DNA of 64,000 nucleotides. Source: Pseudomonadota bacterium. Lineage in GTDB: Bacteria; Pseudomonadota; Alphaproteobacteria; Caulobacterales; Hyphomonadaceae. Under the pieces are notes generated by a model. It did no database searches and was not told the DNA's origin. It saw nothing but the letters and a program-made list of their open reading frames with translations. A program made the translations under genes and the position numbers. The number at the start of each line of letters is the position of its first letter. Positions within the stretch are counted from its first letter, which is position 1. The stretch spans positions 269,933-333,932 of the forward strand of contig JBCBZD010000002.1 in assembly GCA_039815485.1 (NCBI GenBank). The letters run 5' to 3'. Shown piece by piece: positions 28,039 to 36,858 of the stretch.

Positions 28039-28170
28039 ATGAAAGCTCTGATCGCTGCTTTGATCGCTCTTCCGCTTCTCGCCGCCTGCAACACCGTTGC
28101 CGGTGTTGGGGAAGACGTTGAAACCGTTGGCAAGGTGCTGAAAGACAGCGCCAATGAGGCCAAGAACTAG
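28039..28170 (+). CDS. Entericidin A/B family lipoprotein, 43 aa (absent from the ORF track)
   Basis: AAGGAG RBS; MKALIAALIALPLLAACNTVAGVGEDVETVGKVLKDSANEAKN. Confidence 0.85.
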   Translation: MKALIAALIALPLLAACNTVAGVGEDVETVGKVLKDSANEAKN

Positions 28171-28177
28171 CGCCGCG

Positions 28178-28606
28178 CTAGACCGGCAGCTTTTGCAGGT
28201 CAGGACCGACCCAGCGCCGTCGCGCGGCCACTGAAAACAGAACCGGTTTGCTCCAATAGGTCAGCAACCAGCCAGAATGTCCGAGCGGGCCATCCATCAG
28301 CGTCGACAAGACGTGGCCAAGCCTCGCCGCCTCGCAATGGGTTCGCAGATGCCGCTCAGCCATGCGTAGTGAAGCCAGTGTGATCGTCTCGTGATAGCCT
28401 TCGCGGTCTGTATTTGGAACGCCAGTGGCTTCATTGTAAGCAAGAATAGTGCTCGGCATTTCGCGTTCCGCATCTCGCTCAGGGTGCCGGATAAACCAGA
28501 GCGCAGCAGCAAAGTGTGCCTCATGGGTCCAGTCTGTTTTGGGCAGCGTGCAGCCGATAAGCGCGTGAGCAAGCGCCTCAAAATCTGTATCTTCTGTATA
28601 AGTCAT
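28178..28606 (-). CDS. Conserved hypothetical protein
   Basis: Coherent 142-aa ORF with WTHEAH and YHETIT motifs; family not named with certainty. Confidence 0.65.
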   Translation of the reverse strand: MTYTEDTDFEALAHALIGCTLPKTDWTHEAHFAAALWFIRHPERDAEREMPSTILAYNEATGVPNTDREGYHETITLASLRMAERHLRTHCEAARLGHVLSTLMDGPLGHSGWLLTYWSKPVLFSVAARRRWVGPDLQKLPV

Positions 28607-28880
28607 GGAACGGTCCTGAAGTGATCAATGCGGGCCGTTAAAACAGGAACACCCGCGTCTGGTTTGCGGGTGAAGGATTGGCGAGTTCGGCTTAGTTGTT
28701 GGGCAAAGCCTGCCACATGCACCCGGTCAAAAACGTATGATTCCAGCAAATCTGCTGTTTTGCGGCGAGGGTCATCACGAGGTGCATACTATGTCGCTAA
28801 GTCCAGACGATTAAAAAATCAAGCTTGAAACTTATCGAGGACAAAAATATACATATCATGTTATATAGATAGGTATAGAT

Positions 28881-29831
28881 ATGCCGGATATCCTCAAAGA
28901 CCTTGGTCACCTCGCGCTTGGCAGTCGCTTGAAACGTCTGGCAGAACGGATGCAGGCTGATGCCCTGAAAATCCACGAACAGGCCGGGCTTAAGACCCAA
29001 CCCAGCCATTTCCCCATGCTTGCGGCGCTGGACCGCTATGGCGATCTCACAGTGAATGAAGCGGTCGATGCGCTCGGGATCAGTCAGCCAGCTGTGACAC
29101 GCTGTCTGAACAGTTTGATTGATCTTGGGCTGGTCACCACCACCGCCTTGAAGAAAGATCGGCGTCAGAAGACGATTTCCCTGTCCAAAGCCGGGCGTGA
29201 AGCGGTCGCCACAATGAAACGCGACGTCTTTCCGGGGGTAGAGCAGGCTGCTGCGGCCCTCTGCGAGGGCCCACCGACCGATTTCCTGGATCATTTGAAG
29301 AGGATTGAAGCTGCCATGGACCAACAATCATTGCTGTCTCGCGCGACACAGAACCTGAAAATCGTCGGTTTTGCCGATCACCTCGCGCCGCTCTTCTATT
29401 CGATCAATGAGGAGTGGGTTAGTGACATGTTCCGCATGGAAGACACCGATGAGCAGGTTCTGTCCGATCCGCGATCCTACATTATCGACAGGGGCGGCGA
29501 TGTCCTCTTCGTTGAAGCGGGGCCTCTCGGTATTGTCGGCACGTGTGCCCTGATGCCCATAGAACCGGGTGTCTTCGAACTCACAAAAATGGGCGTACTG
29601 GCTTCGGCGCGTGGCCGCAAAGCCGGGGAGTTTTTACTCGCAAAAGTACTGGACCGGGCCCGCGAAATGCAGATGGACGAGCTGTTCCTGCTCACCAACA
29701 AGAAGTGCGCCGCTGCTATTCATCTCTATGAAAAGCTGGGCTTCATACATAGCGCTGACATCATGCAGCGCTACGGCAGTCGCTATGAACGCTGCGACGT
29801 CGCCATGTCCTATGATCTGCAAGGCAGCTAA
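28881..29831 (+). CDS. MarR-type HTH / GNAT acetyltransferase fusion
   Basis: N-terminal LGISQPAVTR wHTH; C-terminal ELTKMGV...RGRKAG and AIHLYEKLGF. Confidence 0.9.
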   Translation: MPDILKDLGHLALGSRLKRLAERMQADALKIHEQAGLKTQPSHFPMLAALDRYGDLTVNEAVDALGISQPAVTRCLNSLIDLGLVTTTALKKDRRQKTISLSKAGREAVATMKRDVFPGVEQAAAALCEGPPTDFLDHLKRIEAAMDQQSLLSRATQNLKIVGFADHLAPLFYSINEEWVSDMFRMEDTDEQVLSDPRSYIIDRGGDVLFVEAGPLGIVGTCALMPIEPGVFELTKMGVLASARGRKAGEFLLAKVLDRAREMQMDELFLLTNKKCAAAIHLYEKLGFIHSADIMQRYGSRYERCDVAMSYDLQGS

Positions 29832-29872
29832 AAGGCATTGACGCCGAACGCTGCGCCGCCCAAACCCCGCCC

Positions 29873-30832
29873 ATGGCAGTCTCTCACACCTATAAGGGCA
29901 ATGCGCCGGTTCGCCTGAACAAGTGGATGGCCGAACTTGGTCTCTGCTCGCGCCGCGAAGCTGAGGCCCTGATCGTGGCGGGCGGCGTTGCCGTTGATGA
30001 AATTCAGGTCGAACAGCCCGGGCACAAGATTGAACCCGGGCAAACTCTGACCCTGACGCAGGCTGCAGAAAGATCGATTGAGGGCAAGTTCACCGCCGTT
30101 CTAAACAAGCCGGTGGACTATGTGTCGGCTCAGCCAGAAGGCAACCAGATACCCGCCGCGCGCTTGCTGACCGCAAAAAACGCTGCAGATCAGACCGCCG
30201 CGCCCGGCCGGAATGCGCGTCTTGCACCGCTCGGACGGCTGGATCAGGATTCGCGCGGTCTGTTGCTCCTCTCAGAGGATGGCGTGCTCGCCAAGGCCAT
30301 TATCGGGCCGCAACATACGCTTGAAAAAGAATATCTGGTGACGGTGAAAGGCGAGATTACCGAAGGCCGTCTCATGCTGCTGCGCAATGGGCTCGAGCTT
30401 GATAAACGCAAGCTCAAGACCGCCAAAGTCACCGTCGAACAGGGGCAGACCCTGCGCTTTATCCTGCGTGAAGGGCGCAAGCGCCAGATCCGCCGGATGT
30501 GCGATCTGGTTGGACTTAAAGTGATAGACCTCCTGCGTATCAGGATCGGTCCACTCTCTTTGGGCGACCTGCCCGAAGGCCAATGGCGCGCCCTGACCGC
30601 GAAAGAACGTGCAGCCTTGATCACGGCCTCTCTTCCTGACCGGCCCGCACGGCTTCGCGATGCAGAGGGAAAGCTGATGCGCAAGGGCCGCAGCTTTGTC
30701 GGCAAAGGCGGCGCAAAACCCAACCGCGAACCAAAACACCACCGCAAGGACAGGCCGCGCGGCGAGGGCAATGGCTATAAAGGCAAGGGAACCGGACGCC
30801 CGCCCCGTGCCAAACCGAGGCCGGATCGCTAG
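29873..30832 (+). CDS. S4-domain pseudouridine synthase (RsuA/RluB/E/F family)
   Basis: RLNKWMA...SRREA, GRLDQDSRGL and EGRKRQIRRM motifs. Confidence 0.9.
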   Translation: MAVSHTYKGNAPVRLNKWMAELGLCSRREAEALIVAGGVAVDEIQVEQPGHKIEPGQTLTLTQAAERSIEGKFTAVLNKPVDYVSAQPEGNQIPAARLLTAKNAADQTAAPGRNARLAPLGRLDQDSRGLLLLSEDGVLAKAIIGPQHTLEKEYLVTVKGEITEGRLMLLRNGLELDKRKLKTAKVTVEQGQTLRFILREGRKRQIRRMCDLVGLKVIDLLRIRIGPLSLGDLPEGQWRALTAKERAALITASLPDRPARLRDAEGKLMRKGRSFVGKGGAKPNREPKHHRKDRPRGEGNGYKGKGTGRPPRAKPRPDR

Positions 30833-30835
30833 CGT

Positions 30836-31723
30836 TTACTCGTCAGGTGCGCCAGCCAGAAACCCGGCCGTTGCGTCTTCGTCGCCCGGAATGAACGCGC
30901 TGTCTTCAACTGAATAGCCGAACTCACCATATCCCGGGTCTGTCCAGTTCTTGCGCCGCTTCAGCGTCGGCGGTGTCGGCAAGGCGTCAACCGGCCGCGC
31001 TTCAACCGGTGAGCCCTTAGTCACAGGTGGCACAAAGGTGACGGGCGCAATGCGTGGGGCGGGCGGCGCGGGCCGCGTAATCACCGGTGCATAGATCGTC
31101 TCACGAGGCGCGACTGTGCCCGTCGCGCGGGTGACGGTCTCTGCCGCAGGCGGTTGAGGTGCCGATGGGTCCCGCATAACTTGCGGCAGTGCCGTTTCGG
31201 GCTTCGACTTAATTGCAGGCACATCGCCTAGAGGCGTACGCTGCGCTTCAGGAATATCATAGGGCGACGGCCAGTTTTCAGACCCCGGATATGGCGCAAG
31301 ACTTGCGCGCGGATAGATCACCGCATCGGCGGGCACGACTGGTTGCGGCCGCGGTTGCCCGTTCGGATAGTACCGCACAGATACCCCGGACACCGCGCCG
31401 AGATGATAAATGCTGGGATCAATCGTGCGTTTCAGTTCGCATTTCGGACCGGTTTGCAAGTTTGCCGGAACATAGGCCCAGGAGGCACAATTTTCATCGC
31501 CGTTGCAGACCATCTGACAATGGGTTGCGGTGGAGCCGCGCATTGATACGTAAGGCTGGCCGGTGCGATAGACACTATACTCCTGGCCGGGCAGCTCCTC
31601 GCTCGCCCCTCCTTTTATCGCCGCATCGCCGAAACTTGCCGGTGCTGCAAGCGCCAGACCCGCCAGAACGATTGAGGTGAAACGCATTGGAACGTGGCGC
31701 ATCACAGCACTCCATCTATTCAA
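30836..31723 (-). CDS. Secreted PAN/Apple-domain protein with Pro-rich tail
   Basis: Signal peptide, CQMVCNGDENCASWAY...CELK. Start uncertain. Confidence 0.65.
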   Translation of the reverse strand: MNRWSAVMRHVPMRFTSIVLAGLALAAPASFGDAAIKGGASEELPGQEYSVYRTGQPYVSMRGSTATHCQMVCNGDENCASWAYVPANLQTGPKCELKRTIDPSIYHLGAVSGVSVRYYPNGQPRPQPVVPADAVIYPRASLAPYPGSENWPSPYDIPEAQRTPLGDVPAIKSKPETALPQVMRDPSAPQPPAAETVTRATGTVAPRETIYAPVITRPAPPAPRIAPVTFVPPVTKGSPVEARPVDALPTPPTLKRRKNWTDPGYGEFGYSVEDSAFIPGDEDATAGFLAGAPDE

Positions 31724-31768
31724 CTCCTGGTGTCAAATTAGACGGCGTGCGTTAAATAAGCGTTCGGC

Positions 31769-33364
31769 CTAGTCGCAGATCGATTGCTCGGTCGCAAAGG
31801 ACGGGTCGAACACCGATCGCGGGTCCAGAACCCAGTGCGGGTGTCCCGTTGTCAGTCGCTTGAACTGTCCGGAGCGTTCGTGCGGCAAGGAATACGGATG
31901 ATCGAACAGGCAACGAATATCATTGGTGATCGAAACCGACTGGGCATAGGTTGTGTGCTTGACCTTGAAGAAGAAACTCTTCGGGGCCGCTTTCGTTACA
32001 TCGATCGTTTTTACAAACTGACGGCCGAGATAATCGGGCATATCAAACACCGCCGGACCACCGCCTTTGTAGAAACCGATCCGGCTCTTGACGTCGGAAT
32101 CCTTGTTGGAGCCAAAGAAGTTCATACGGCTCGACAGGTTGCGCAATGCGCCGCTGAACCCCACAGCAGCATCGCTTTGTGAGGTATAGATCGTGACACC
32201 GTCATAGATCGGTGCAGCTGCGCCCATCCATTCTGCAAACAGGTTGGAGTCGAGATCTCCCGCCGCAAAGATCACATGACCAAACTTCTTCTCGCGGCTG
32301 AAATCGCTCAACCGCGCCAGCGCCTGAGCGGTCACCCGCGTCCCCATGGAGTGGGCGATAATATGCAATTTCATGGGGCGGTCTGCGGTGCTGACGGTCT
32401 CATGTGTCAGGCGTAGAAACCGCGCCAATGCGTCGACACTCAGATCAGCATCTTCCTGATCGTTCAGATAATCCAGCAGGTTGCCATTCGAGGGCCATGA
32501 GAAAAAGAACGCCGGGCCATCCACCTCCATGTCATATTTTAACTGCGCTGTACGGAACGCGGCGTTTCGGAACGGAACATTGAACCCGTGGATGAATACA
32601 AAAGCATGTTCGGAGTCCGGATCGGAGGTCGCGATGACTTCATGGATGCGGTTTGCAAACCCTTCCGGATCGCGGTCATAGGACCAGTGATCCAGCAGCG
32701 CGAAATACTTCTTCAGGTCCCGGTCGCGCAATGTGGCGCCGCTGCTGGCCGCCTTGAACGCGCCGCCGCCTTTGGCCAGTTTTTCTCGCCTTGAATCCGG
32801 TATGCTGACCATCACTTCGCCCAGGTGACAGACCCGCGTACTGGACGCAGTTTGGGAATAATCATACGGGCTGGGCTCGCAATTCGCGCGCGGTTCGGGG
32901 CGAATACTGAACAGATCGCCTTTGTCGGTGACCCGGCCTCTCTCTATCGTTTTGGAATTGATCGCATCTGCCTCGCCTTCGATGGCGGTCCGGTTGGTGC
33001 CGTAAAAAACAGAGACACATGTAATCCACTCATCCCCGCTGCGCGCGCCTTCCGCAGCAATACGCTCACACTCGCTTGCCTCGCGTACCGGAAGCTCCAT
33101 CGCCATAACCTCAACCGGGACGGGTGCGGGTGCCGGCATACTGAGGCTACGGGTGGGCGGTGGCGGAGGGGCATCCTCCGCCATCGGTTCTGGCGGTGGG
33201 GGCGGCGGAGGCGGAGGAGGAGGTGGTGGTGGCGGCTCGGGCGGTGTCTCAGATTGCTCTATGACAACCGGCTCCGGCTGTGTTTCATCGCCCACAGGTT
33301 CGTCTGTCACTGTCGCACAGCTGACCAATATTGAGGCCAGAATAATAGTCGAAAATCTACGCAT
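31769..33364 (-). CDS. DUF900-type alpha/beta-hydrolase lipoprotein
   Basis: Lipobox LVSC; VFYGTNR, FIHGFN, FSWPS and nucleophile elbow AHSMG. Start placed at MRRFS. Confidence 0.8.
   Translation of the reverse strand: MRRFSTIILASILVSCATVTDEPVGDETQPEPVVIEQSETPPEPPPPPPPPPPPPPPPEPMAEDAPPPPPTRSLSMPAPAPVPVEVMAMELPVREASECERIAAEGARSGDEWITCVSVFYGTNRTAIEGEADAINSKTIERGRVTDKGDLFSIRPEPRANCEPSPYDYSQTASSTRVCHLGEVMVSIPDSRREKLAKGGGAFKAASSGATLRDRDLKKYFALLDHWSYDRDPEGFANRIHEVIATSDPDSEHAFVFIHGFNVPFRNAAFRTAQLKYDMEVDGPAFFFSWPSNGNLLDYLNDQEDADLSVDALARFLRLTHETVSTADRPMKLHIIAHSMGTRVTAQALARLSDFSREKKFGHVIFAAGDLDSNLFAEWMGAAAPIYDGVTIYTSQSDAAVGFSGALRNLSSRMNFFGSNKDSDVKSRIGFYKGGGPAVFDMPDYLGRQFVKTIDVTKAAPKSFFFKVKHTTYAQSVSITNDIRCLFDHPYSLPHERSGQFKRLTTGHPHWVLDPRSVFDPSFATEQSICD
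33191..33235 (-). repeat. 15 consecutive proline codons
   Basis: ccg cca cca cca cct cct cct ccg cct ccg ccg ccc cca ccg cca. Confidence 0.9.
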
Positions 33365-33420
33365 GGATGTCCCTCCAAAGCCGACGTTTCTCGCAGCTTT
33401 CAAGGACCGTAGCAGGAAAC

Positions 33421-33436
33421 CTAAGCCAAGGTTAAC
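33421..33436 (+). promoter_or_regulatory. Possible CtrA site upstream of the hydrolase gene
   Basis: CTAA-N7-TTAAC, one mismatch to TTAA-N7-TTAA. Confidence 0.3.
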
Positions 33437-33478
33437 AAAATCTAACCGGGATCGGTTAAATTTGCACGATTGATGTGA

Positions 33479-35278
33479 CTATCCTGCAAGCGCCTCTTTC
33501 TTGGCCTCAATCTCCATCCAGTCTTCCTCGGCCTGTTCCAGATCGCTGCGTGCCTGTTCCAGCTGCTGGTTGATCTTGTTGAAGCCATCCGGGTCATCGG
33601 TGAACAGATTTGGGTCCGATAGCGCCTGCTCCAACCGCTCAATCTCGGCGCTGAGGCGCGGCATCGCGGCCTCCACTTCCTTCAGGCGATGTTGGTCCTT
33701 GAAGGAGAGTTTTGCTGCCTTCTTCGGGGCGTCCGGCTTTGGCGCGGCCTTGGCTTTCGGTTTGGATGATTTGGTCTGTGCCTCAGGCTGGATTTGCGAC
33801 TGCGCATCGCTCCACCCGCCTGCGGTTTGCACCCAGTTTCCGTCCCCCACCGGGACCAGACAGGACGTCACCGTCGCATCCAGAAACGCCCGGTCATGAC
33901 TGACCAGCAGCAGCGTCCCGGTAAAGTTCAGCAGCATGTCTTCCAGCAGCTCCAGCGTCTGCATATCAAGATCGTTGGTCGGCTCATCCAGCACCAGAAG
34001 ATCGGTTGCCTTGGCGAGCGAAATCGCAAGGGTCAGGCGATTGCGTTCACCGCCCGACAGCGCGTGAACCGGCTGGCGGAGCTGTTCGGGTTTGAACAGG
34101 AAGTCCTTGGCATAGCCAGCGACATGACGCGGGCGGCCCTGCACCATGATGCTGTCACCGCCAGAAGGGGTCAGCGCTTCCCACAACGTATCGGTAGGCG
34201 TCAGCGTATCGCGGCTCTGATCGAGATACGTCACGGTTAGCGATGGGTTTAGTTTTACGCTACCCGTGTCGGGTGCGAGCTCCCCCAATAACAGTTTAAC
34301 CAGTGTCGACTTACCCGCGCCGTTCGGGCCAATCAGGCCGATCCGGTCGCCGCGCAGGATTTTCAGGCTAAGATCGCGAACCAGATTCAAGTCGCCATAC
34401 GCCTTGCTGAGGCCGCGCGCTTCCAGAACCTTGCGGCTTTGATTGTCACCAGCCTGCGCGCTGATCCCGGCGGTCGACTTGCCTGCATTAACAGAGGTGC
34501 GCAGCGCCGATTGCTCTGCCCGCATCGCCTGCAATTTCCGCAACCGGCCCATATTGCGCGCCCGCCGGCCGGTCACACCGCGTGCGAGCCAGCGGTTCTC
34601 GGCTTTCATCTGCGTCTTCATCTTGGCGAGCTGTTTTTCTTCAGCCGCCTCAACCTCAGCGGCCCAGTCGTCGAAATAGGCATAGCCGCGCGGGCTCTTG
34701 CGCACGACGCCATCTCTCAGCCACAGCGTATTGGTTGTCACATTTTCCATGAAGGTTCGGTCGTGGCTGACCAGCAGGACCGCGCCTGTATAGGCTTTCA
34801 GCCGCGCCTCCAGCGTCTCGATCATCGGCACGTCCAGATGGTTGGTCGGCTCGTCCAGCAACAGGACATCCGGGTCACGGGCAAAGGCGCGGGCCAGCGC
34901 CGCGCGGCGTTTCTGCCCGCCCGATAGCGTGTTCGGCTCCGCGCCTGGGTCCACCCCGAAATGCCCCAGCTCCGCCTCGGCCATCCAGGTCTGTTCCAGG
35001 CCTTCAGCAGCAAAGTCCAGCACGGTTGCAAAGGTCGACAGGTCCGGCTCCTGTTCGACCGCAACGATCTCAGTGCCCGGGTTGATCCACAGCTCACCAC
35101 TGTCTGGGGCGAAGCGACCTGTCAGCAGGTGCATCAGGGTCGACTTGCCGGCTCCGTTCCGGCCCACAAGCGCCGCCCGCTCGCCCTTGGCGAGGGTAAA
35201 CGTCACGCCCTCAAACAGCGGTTTGCCGCCAAAAGACAGGCGAACATCAGTCATCTTTAGGATCGGAAGCTGGGCCAT
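33479..35278 (-). CDS. uup: ABC-F ATPase, Uup-like
   Basis: Two ABC domains (GRNGAGKS, LSGGQ, GPNGAGKS, LSGGE), no TM segments, coiled-coil C-terminus. Confidence 0.88.
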   Translation of the reverse strand: MAQLPILKMTDVRLSFGGKPLFEGVTFTLAKGERAALVGRNGAGKSTLMHLLTGRFAPDSGELWINPGTEIVAVEQEPDLSTFATVLDFAAEGLEQTWMAEAELGHFGVDPGAEPNTLSGGQKRRAALARAFARDPDVLLLDEPTNHLDVPMIETLEARLKAYTGAVLLVSHDRTFMENVTTNTLWLRDGVVRKSPRGYAYFDDWAAEVEAAEEKQLAKMKTQMKAENRWLARGVTGRRARNMGRLRKLQAMRAEQSALRTSVNAGKSTAGISAQAGDNQSRKVLEARGLSKAYGDLNLVRDLSLKILRGDRIGLIGPNGAGKSTLVKLLLGELAPDTGSVKLNPSLTVTYLDQSRDTLTPTDTLWEALTPSGGDSIMVQGRPRHVAGYAKDFLFKPEQLRQPVHALSGGERNRLTLAISLAKATDLLVLDEPTNDLDMQTLELLEDMLLNFTGTLLLVSHDRAFLDATVTSCLVPVGDGNWVQTAGGWSDAQSQIQPEAQTKSSKPKAKAAPKPDAPKKAAKLSFKDQHRLKEVEAAMPRLSAEIERLEQALSDPNLFTDDPDGFNKINQQLEQARSDLEQAEEDWMEIEAKKEALAG

Positions 35279-35287
35279 CGAAGCGGC

Positions 35288-36118
35288 TTAACTCTTGAGC
35301 TTATAGCCTGATTTCAGCATCCACCAGACCCCCGCAGACGTCGCCAGTGCGCACAGCCCGGTCACGATATAGCCGGTCATCAGGTCTGAATTGGCCGCGC
35401 CAAGAAAGCCATAGCGGAACCCATCGATCAGATAGAAGATCGGATCAAAATGAGCGAGCGTGATAAACGGCTCGACCAGAACATTGATGTCGTAGAACGT
35501 GCCCGACAGGAAGGTTAGGGGCACGATCACAAAATTACTTACCGCTGCCAGATGATCAAACTTGTCCGCCCAGATGCCGCCCATCGCGCCAATCGCGGCG
35601 AGTGAGATCGTCGCCATCAGGCCAAACCATATCACCGGGAAAAGATGATCCACGCTCAGGCTGGCAAGCCCGCTGAAATGAATGCCGATGGCGGAGATCG
35701 CGCCAACCATCAGCCCGCGCGTCACCGCTCCAAAGATAAAGCCGGTCGCAAGCTCAACCGCGGACAAAGGCGGCATTAGAAAATCCACCTGACTGCCCTG
35801 AACTTTCGCAATCGTCAGAGAGCTGGACGAGTTCTGGAACGCGTTTTGTAGCATCGCCATCACGATCAGGCCGGGCGCAAGGAAGTCATTATAGTTGAGG
35901 CCGTTAAAGTCGCCGGTCAGCTCCCCGCGATTGCCAAAGGCCAGTTTGAACACGGTCATGAAGAGCAGGGTTGAAACCACCGGCGCAAGCAGCGTCTGCA
36001 TCCAGACCTTCAGGAACCGGCCAACCTCACGCTTGTACAACGTCCAGAGGCCCAGCCAGTTAAAGGCGCCATAGCTGCGGGGTTTCGGGGGCGAGAGCTG
36101 CGTCGATGTATCAGGCAT
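35288..36118 (-). CDS. ABC-2 type transporter permease (YadH-like)
   Basis: LYKREVGRF, FLAPGLI and PLTFLSGTFY motifs. Confidence 0.9.
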   Translation of the reverse strand: MPDTSTQLSPPKPRSYGAFNWLGLWTLYKREVGRFLKVWMQTLLAPVVSTLLFMTVFKLAFGNRGELTGDFNGLNYNDFLAPGLIVMAMLQNAFQNSSSSLTIAKVQGSQVDFLMPPLSAVELATGFIFGAVTRGLMVGAISAIGIHFSGLASLSVDHLFPVIWFGLMATISLAAIGAMGGIWADKFDHLAAVSNFVIVPLTFLSGTFYDINVLVEPFITLAHFDPIFYLIDGFRYGFLGAANSDLMTGYIVTGLCALATSAGVWWMLKSGYKLKS

Positions 36119-36165
36119 AACCGGCCTTGTAGGCCCAGATTCACCGTTTGGCGATAGGCCTTACT

Positions 36166-36174
36166 TTATCCACA
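36166..36174 (+). promoter_or_regulatory. DnaA box upstream of gcrA
   Basis: Perfect TTATCCACA. DnaA activation of gcrA is established in Caulobacter. Confidence 0.7.
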
Positions 36175-36178
36175 GTTC

Positions 36179-36299
36179 CTACTATATATTGATTGCTTGT
36201 GGATTGCCGGTATCAGCATCTTGTGCTTCATTTCGTTGCTGATACGATATATAGCGTTAGAGCGGGGCTGATGGGCATTCCTGCATCAAGATATAGGGG
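36179..36299. promoter_or_regulatory. Four NrdR-box-like palindromes upstream of gcrA
   Basis: Cores CTATATATTG (36182), CAGCATCTTG (36214), CGATATATAG (36245) and CAAGATATAG (36287); spacings 32, 31 and 42 bp. Confidence 0.6.
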
Positions 36300-36322
36300 C
36301 TGCTATAAAGCAGTGGATATGT

Positions 36323-36847
36323 ATGGCTTGGACAGAAGATCGCGTCGAGGTTTTGAAAAAACTTTGGGCTGAAGGGCATTCAGCCAGTCAGATCGCAAAA
36401 GAACTCGGCGGCGTCACACGCAACGCCGTGATTGGTAAAGTACATCGCCTTGGTCTGTCAGGCCGGGCAACACCTTCACGTCCTGTCAAGCGGCCACCGC
36501 GGCTGGCCCGGCCAAAGCCACGGGTGCAACCAGATGGCAGTGTCGTCACGCCGCGTCCAGCGGCGCCCACGGTCGATGCGCAAGTGAAAAAAGTCGAGAA
36601 GGCGGTGATGGCCACCTTGCCACCTCAGCCGCTGGCTGATGGTGAGGCTGCCACCATTCTCACGCTGCGCGACAGCATGTGCAAATGGCCAATCGGTGAC
36701 CCGGCTGATCCAAAATTCGCTTTTTGTGGCCGTAAGGCTACGTGCGGTCCTTACTGCGCTGAGCATGCCAAGGTTGCGTTCCAGCCAACCAAGAAGCGCG
36801 AGCGCAAGAAGTCTGAATACGACTATGTCCGCAAGATTGCGGGCTAG
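36323..36847 (+). CDS. gcrA: Cell-cycle regulator GcrA
   Basis: MAWTEDRVEVLKKLWAEGHSASQIA...TRNAVIGKVHRLGL; CKWPIGDP and YCAEH motifs. Confidence 0.96.
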   Translation: MAWTEDRVEVLKKLWAEGHSASQIAKELGGVTRNAVIGKVHRLGLSGRATPSRPVKRPPRLARPKPRVQPDGSVVTPRPAAPTVDAQVKKVEKAVMATLPPQPLADGEAATILTLRDSMCKWPIGDPADPKFAFCGRKATCGPYCAEHAKVAFQPTKKRERKKSEYDYVRKIAG

Positions 36848-36858
36848 GTAAAGGCGGC

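Noticed and set aside
28607-28880. sRNA in the 270-bp divergent gap (hairpin CACCCGC-N9-GCGGGTG)
   Set aside because: A single hairpin with no U-tract or recognisable promoter; the gap is explained by two divergent promoters.
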